Origin: Naegleria gruberi
Lineage: Eukaryota
Direction: 5' to 3' (one strand)
NCBI GenBank assembly: GCA_000004985.1
Contig: GG739217.1
DNA: 3,633 nucleotides
Shown: piece by piece, positions 1 through 3,633 of the stretch
How positions within the stretch are numbered: position 1 is the first letter of the stretch
Layout of the letters: each line of letters starts with the position of its first letter
Translations under genes and position numbers: made by a program
Notes under the pieces: model-generated
Told to the model about the DNA's origin: nothing
The model's input: only the letters and a program-made list of their open reading frames with translations
Database searches by the model: none

Positions 1-400
1 ATGATATTAATAACATATCAGCTGGAAATGAACAATCTTCCTCAACCTTAACAATATCACCTACTTTTAAATCACATGTATATACTTGTTCAATCATATT
101 AATACCATTATTATTACTATTATTATTATTATTATTCATGGAATTATTTCCTCCTCTTCTTAATACATTTGTGGTCATCATGTTAATTTTACGATCATTT
201 AAATATCTGAGAAAATCTTCACCTCCCTCTCTTATCATATTCACTCCGATAATGAAAATTACAGGGAGAACTGCAGTGATGGGTGTGATGGGTGAAACAC
301 CTGGTATTAAGGCAAATATCATTGTAATGATAAAGTAAATATTACCAATTTTACATAATTGATATATTAAATTAAGAATTATAAAATTCCACCATGTATA
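1..400 (-). CDS. P4-type phospholipid-transporting ATPase (flippase), internal exon, partial; it continues beyond position 1. It encodes 'YTWWNFIILNLIYQLCKIGNIYFIITMIFALIPGVSPITPITAVLPVIFIIGVNMIREGGEDFLRYLNDRKINMMTTNVLRRGGNNSMNNNNNNSNNNGINMIEQVYTCDLKVGDIVKVEEDCSFPADMLLIS'.
   Basis: I reverse-complemented and translated by hand. The frame is open for 133 codons. Motifs of the Drs2/ATP8/ATP9 family are in the expected order and spacing: 'KY…F' before TM1, 'N-x-YF…IPGVSP' (TM1 and luminal loop), 'M-I-R/K-E-x-x-E-D…R…D…N' (TM2 exit), then 'VLR', 'VGDIV.V' and 'PADMLLIS'. The last matches the canonical 'PADLLLLSSSE', which is cut by the window edge. The other two minus frames and the plus frames are interrupted. 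Confidence 0.85.
107..136. repeat. (ATT)10 trinucleotide microsatellite with one ACT interruption. On the minus strand it is (AAT)n encoding the Asn homopolymer 'NNNNNNSNNN' inside the P4-ATPase CDS.
   Basis: Ten consecutive ATT units (one ACT) read on the plus strand and translated on the minus strand. The run sits between 'VLRRGG' and 'INMIEQVY…VGDIVKV', a position where P4-ATPases normally have only a short beta-hairpin. Confidence 0.85.
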
Positions 401-460
401 CTATTAGTTTACAACAATATTAAGATATAAATTATTTCAATGAGATTAATAATAACATAC
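401..460 (-). other. Spliceosomal intron of 60 nt, phase 0. Minus-strand sequence is GTATGTTATTATTAATCTCATTGAAATAATTTATATCTTAATATTGTTGTAAACTAATAG.
   Basis: On the minus strand the exon ends '…ACT ACA AAG' (…TTK) and is followed directly by GTATGT. At the other end, TAATAG is followed by 'TAT ACA TGG' (YTW…). Removing the 60 nt joins '…NYISTTK' to 'YTWWNF…', recreating the conserved P4-ATPase 'I-S-T-T-K-Y-x-x-x-x-F' motif, whereas read-through gives 'KVCYY*'. The intron is about 83% A+T. Confidence 0.7.
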
Positions 461-948
461 CTTTGTAGTAGAAATGTAATTGGATGAAAAGCGTTTTCTT
501 CTCAAACCTAAAAACCACTTTTTAGTAGCCTTTGAATTTAATTCCCAATTATTAATATGTACAATATGTGATTCACCTTCATCTTCCTCTTCTATGGTAT
601 TATTATTATCATGTTGTTCCGATAATTTAAATGAATTATTACAATTTGATCCTGGTAATGATGAGGTTGCTGATGTTGGCATATTACTATTAGGTGATTG
701 TAATATTATTATATTATTATTCTTATCATCTTGATGAGGTTGACCAGCTGATGATGGTGATTTAAGAATATTACTTGATTGATGAGGAGATTGTTGTTGA
801 TAATAATAAGGATGATCATCTAAATGTAAGGGATCCAACAAACCAACTGAACTTCTATTTGAAAAGGAATCTAATAATTCCCTATCTGATGATGAACCAC
901 CACTTGGAGTTGATACTCTATCTTTATGATAGTGTAAATCTATTGTTG
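461..948 (-). CDS. P4-type ATPase, upstream exon, partial; it continues 5' into the N-run. It encodes a Ser/Asn/Gln-rich low-complexity N-terminal tail, then '…SHIVHINNWELNSKATKKWFLGLRRKRFSSNYISTTK'.
   Basis: A 163-codon open frame abuts the N-run, in phase with the downstream exon across the 60-nt intron. 'HIVHINN' corresponds to the P4-ATPase 'R-x-I-x-x-N' start motif (Drs2 'PRIIHIND'). '…NYISTTK' corresponds to '…NHISTTKYN'. Codon usage (AGA, GGT, TTA, CAA, AAT) matches the downstream exon. The only in-frame Met visible is in '…SPNSNMPTSA…', and the true start may lie inside the N-run. Confidence 0.75.
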
Positions 949-2603
949 NNNNNNNNNNNNNNNNNNNNNNNNNNNNNNNNNNNNNNNNNNNNNNNNNNNN
1001 NNNNNNNNNNNNNNNNNNNNNNNNNNNNNNNNNNNNNNNNNNNNNNNNNNNNNNNNNNNNNNNNNNNNNNNNNNNNNNNNNNNNNNNNNNNNNNNNNNNN
1101 NNNNNNNNNNNNNNNNNNNNNNNNNNNNNNNNNNNNNNNNNNNNNNNNNNNNNNNNNNNNNNNNNNNNNNNNNNNNNNNNNNNNNNNNNNNNNNNNNNNN
1201 NNNNNNNNNNNNNNNNNNNNNNNNNNNNNNNNNNNNNNNNNNNNNNNNNNNNNNNNNNNNNNNNNNNNNNNNNNNNNNNNNNNNNNNNNNNNNNNNNNNN
1301 NNNNNNNNNNNNNNNNNNNNNNNNNNNNNNNNNNNNNNNNNNNNNNNNNNNNNNNNNNNNNNNNNNNNNNNNNNNNNNNNNNNNNNNNNNNNNNNNNNNN
1401 NNNNNNNNNNNNNNNNNNNNNNNNNNNNNNNNNNNNNNNNNNNNNNNNNNNNNNNNNNNNNNNNNNNNNNNNNNNNNNNNNNNNNNNNNNNNNNNNNNNN
1501 NNNNNNNNNNNNNNNNNNNNNNNNNNNNNNNNNNNNNNNNNNNNNNNNNNNNNNNNNNNNNNNNNNNNNNNNNNNNNNNNNNNNNNNNNNNNNNNNNNNN
1601 NNNNNNNNNNNNNNNNNNNNNNNNNNNNNNNNNNNNNNNNNNNNNNNNNNNNNNNNNNNNNNNNNNNNNNNNNNNNNNNNNNNNNNNNNNNNNNNNNNNN
1701 NNNNNNNNNNNNNNNNNNNNNNNNNNNNNNNNNNNNNNNNNNNNNNNNNNNNNNNNNNNNNNNNNNNNNNNNNNNNNNNNNNNNNNNNNNNNNNNNNNNN
1801 NNNNNNNNNNNNNNNNNNNNNNNNNNNNNNNNNNNNNNNNNNNNNNNNNNNNNNNNNNNNNNNNNNNNNNNNNNNNNNNNNNNNNNNNNNNNNNNNNNNN
1901 NNNNNNNNNNNNNNNNNNNNNNNNNNNNNNNNNNNNNNNNNNNNNNNNNNNNNNNNNNNNNNNNNNNNNNNNNNNNNNNNNNNNNNNNNNNNNNNNNNNN
2001 NNNNNNNNNNNNNNNNNNNNNNNNNNNNNNNNNNNNNNNNNNNNNNNNNNNNNNNNNNNNNNNNNNNNNNNNNNNNNNNNNNNNNNNNNNNNNNNNNNNN
2101 NNNNNNNNNNNNNNNNNNNNNNNNNNNNNNNNNNNNNNNNNNNNNNNNNNNNNNNNNNNNNNNNNNNNNNNNNNNNNNNNNNNNNNNNNNNNNNNNNNNN
2201 NNNNNNNNNNNNNNNNNNNNNNNNNNNNNNNNNNNNNNNNNNNNNNNNNNNNNNNNNNNNNNNNNNNNNNNNNNNNNNNNNNNNNNNNNNNNNNNNNNNN
2301 NNNNNNNNNNNNNNNNNNNNNNNNNNNNNNNNNNNNNNNNNNNNNNNNNNNNNNNNNNNNNNNNNNNNNNNNNNNNNNNNNNNNNNNNNNNNNNNNNNNN
2401 NNNNNNNNNNNNNNNNNNNNNNNNNNNNNNNNNNNNNNNNNNNNNNNNNNNNNNNNNNNNNNNNNNNNNNNNNNNNNNNNNNNNNNNNNNNNNNNNNNNN
2501 NNNNNNNNNNNNNNNNNNNNNNNNNNNNNNNNNNNNNNNNNNNNNNNNNNNNNNNNNNNNNNNNNNNNNNNNNNNNNNNNNNNNNNNNNNNNNNNNNNNN
2601 NNN
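949..2603. other. Unresolved or masked sequence: 1,655 consecutive N.
   Basis: Read directly from the sequence. Open frames on both flanks run into it, so it hides the 5' end of the P4-ATPase gene and the 3' continuation of the cyclase-like exon. Confidence 1.
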
Positions 2604-2705
2604 GATAAGATTGCATGACACATTTTCCTTTCAATCACACCAGCAATGACTGGTCCAGTATTCACACCAATTCTAATGTTCACAATGAGTTGATCATTCG
2701 AATTC
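2604..2705 (-). CDS. Coding fragment with a class-III nucleotidyl (adenylyl/guanylyl) cyclase catalytic-domain signature: '(RNSNDQ)[28 protein letters not shown]…', continuing 3' into the N-run.
   Basis: The hand translation matches the ORF track once GTG-as-M is corrected to V. '[14 protein letters not shown]' matches the cyclase-homology-domain consensus 'R-[IV]-G-[IV]-[HN]-x-G-P-V-[IV]-A-G-V-[IV]-G' in 11 of 14 positions against the mammalian AC C2 '[25 protein letters not shown]'. 'ERKMCHAIL' aligns loosely with '[10 protein letters not shown]'. The frame is open from the TGA at 2708..2710 into the gap. AG at 2706..2707 is a possible acceptor, but the upstream exon boundary is undetermined. 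Confidence 0.4.
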
Positions 2706-2795
2706 CTTCATATAAATCAATAGTTTATCATTCAAAGGATGAGACATTTCATAGAGTTTGTGATACCATAAATATATCTGTTGGATCCAAAACTG

Positions 2796-3479
2796 TTACA
2801 TTTTGGAAAATAAATTTTGTTGAGCATTGTAAAAGTTTCTTGTATTTTCTTGAGTTGAAGAAGTTAAGTAATCGGTCATTACTTCTTCAATACCAAAACA
2901 ATATTGAACTTTTGCATTGAATGTAATTGTAATGTTGAGCTGTTGCAAGTATAATAGAACAGATTCATATCTTAATAAGGAGTAAATTTGTTCAAATTCA
3001 CTAGGTTTAAGCTTTTCATTCCAATATCTGGTATCTCCGTATTGGGCTAAACCTGACAAACCAAAAAAGGTAAGAATTTCACCCAAATAAAAAGCTGAAA
3101 ATTGTAAATGACCAATCACATTTGAAAATAATCCAACATTTGTGAAAGTGAATAGGGCTGACTTGGCATTCTTATAAGTTTCATAATATAACATTCCACT
3201 ACATAATGGAATGATTAACGCAAGAATTCCAATAGCAATTACAAGTGTAACATTTGATTGAAGTGCCTTTGATACAATATTTGAATCTAGGGAAGCTTCC
3301 AATGTTGTTTTCTTATTCAATTGTTGATAAATTTTACCAATACAATCCTTGGAAATTTCCTTTTCAAATAATTTGACAATTCTTCTAAAATATAACAAAT
3401 CATATTGAATGTAGGCAATCAATGTACATATAAGCACCATTACACCGATTACAAGGTAAAAGAACCAACTCCGACTCAA
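2796..3479 (-). CDS. ORF of 228 codons for a polytopic membrane-protein segment. Hydrophobic spans are '[23 protein letters not shown]', '[23 protein letters not shown]' and '[37 protein letters not shown]'. The family is not recognisable with confidence and the 5' end is unresolved.
   Basis: Only one of the three minus frames is open across about 700 nt; the other two carry dense stops, as I checked by hand for 2800..3110. Codon usage matches the P4-ATPase exons. The ORF-track 'M' at 3479 is TTG, not ATG. The first ATG is codon 13 ('…GVMVLICT…'), inside the first hydrophobic span. The ORF ends at TAA 2796..2798. It is probably part of the same gene as the cyclase-motif exon, because that exon needs upstream exons on this strand. 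Confidence 0.5.
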   Translation of the reverse strand: [227 protein letters not shown]

Positions 3480-3633
3480 ACATCAAATTAAAAGTTGATG
3501 CCTTACTTCTGTCAACATAGGTATTACAAAAATCCTCATAAATCTGAGTGATTGGAAATTTGTTAAGCCACAAATAATGAAATTTGAAATAGGATACATA
3601 AATTGAGAACTCATCATTTTTTCAATAATTTCC

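Noticed and set aside
138-338. Plus-strand ORF of 66 aa ('MELFPPLLNTFVVIM…')
   Set aside because: It lies entirely antisense to the strongly supported P4-ATPase exon (TM1-TM2 region). It has no recognisable motif. Short antisense ORFs are expected opposite A+T-rich coding sequence.
480-734. Plus-strand ORF of 84 aa ('MDEKRFLLKPKNHF…')
   Set aside because: It is antisense to the flippase N-terminal-tail exon. Its low-complexity translation simply mirrors the Ser/Asn-rich codons on the other strand.
446-2683. The 745-aa minus ORF treated as one protein
   Set aside because: It is a chimera created by N-to-X translation. Its 'start' is GTG, its C-terminal 'KVCYY*' is intron sequence, and the two real pieces belong to different domain families separated by 1,655 unknown bases.
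2706-2788. GAATTC (2699..2704) and GGATCC (2783..2788, also 831..836) restriction-site palindromes as possible cloning or vector junctions
   Set aside because: They are isolated 6-mers, expected by chance at this length, with no flanking vector-like or polylinker sequence.
2684-2795. Prokaryote-style signals (RBS, sigma-70 promoter, rho-independent terminator) in the short spacer and elsewhere
   Set aside because: The sequence is plainly eukaryotic, with spliceosomal introns and Asn homopolymers. A+T-rich spacers yield spurious -10-like hexamers everywhere, and no GC-rich hairpin followed by a T-run was seen.
2615-2920. Plus-strand ORF of 101 aa ('MTHFPFNHTSNDWSS…')
   Set aside because: It overlaps, in antisense, both the cyclase-motif exon and the 3' end of the membrane ORF. 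It has no motif support, and the minus-strand frames carry the conserved signatures.
3471-3512. A mini-intron GTAAGG…TTTGAG (about 32 nt) that would excise the in-frame TGA
   Set aside because: Its length is not a multiple of three and the resumed frame is not the open one (it gives '…LVLLPCNRCNGAYMYIDCLHSI*'). GAG is also a poor acceptor, and 32 nt is shorter than the validated 60-nt intron in this locus.
1-3633. A ciliate nuclear genetic code (TAA/TAG = Gln), which would fit P4-ATPase-guanylyl-cyclase fusion genes
   Set aside because: The roughly 570 codons of well-supported coding sequence contain no in-frame TAA or TAG. A ciliate gene of this size would be expected to contain several, and the one interrupting codon seen is TGA, which is the ciliate stop.

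Overview
This is AT-rich, intron-containing eukaryotic DNA (Asn homopolymers, AGA arginine codons, GT..AG introns). A 1,655-nt run of N (949..2603) blocks 46% of the window, and all supportable coding is on the minus strand. Left of the gap (1..948) is the 5' part of a P4-type phospholipid-flippase ATPase gene. It comprises a low-complexity N-terminal tail, a 60-nt phase-0 intron that splits the conserved '…ISTTK|Y…' motif, TM1-TM2 ('NIYF…IPGVSP'), and the start of the actuator domain ('VGDIVKV…PADMLLIS'), which carries an (AAT)n-encoded poly-Asn insert. Right of the gap, 2604..2705 encodes a class-III nucleotidyl-cyclase signature ('[15 protein letters not shown]', adenylyl-cyclase C2-type) that runs into the N-run. 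Further upstream on the same strand, 2796..3479 is a 228-codon ORF for a polytopic membrane-protein segment with no ATG at its 5' end. Its frame stays open to the window edge except for one in-frame TGA at 3483..3485. A cyclase motif and a P4-ATPase on one strand recalls the alveolate P4-ATPase-guanylyl-cyclase fusion proteins. Here the order is cyclase then ATPase N-terminus, and the junction is hidden in the N-run. The likeliest reading is two adjacent genes, with a reversed fusion or a decayed relic as alternatives. The three long ORFs in the supplied track that cross the N-run are artefacts. I could not compute similarity scores or run searches; every family assignment comes from motifs read by eye.
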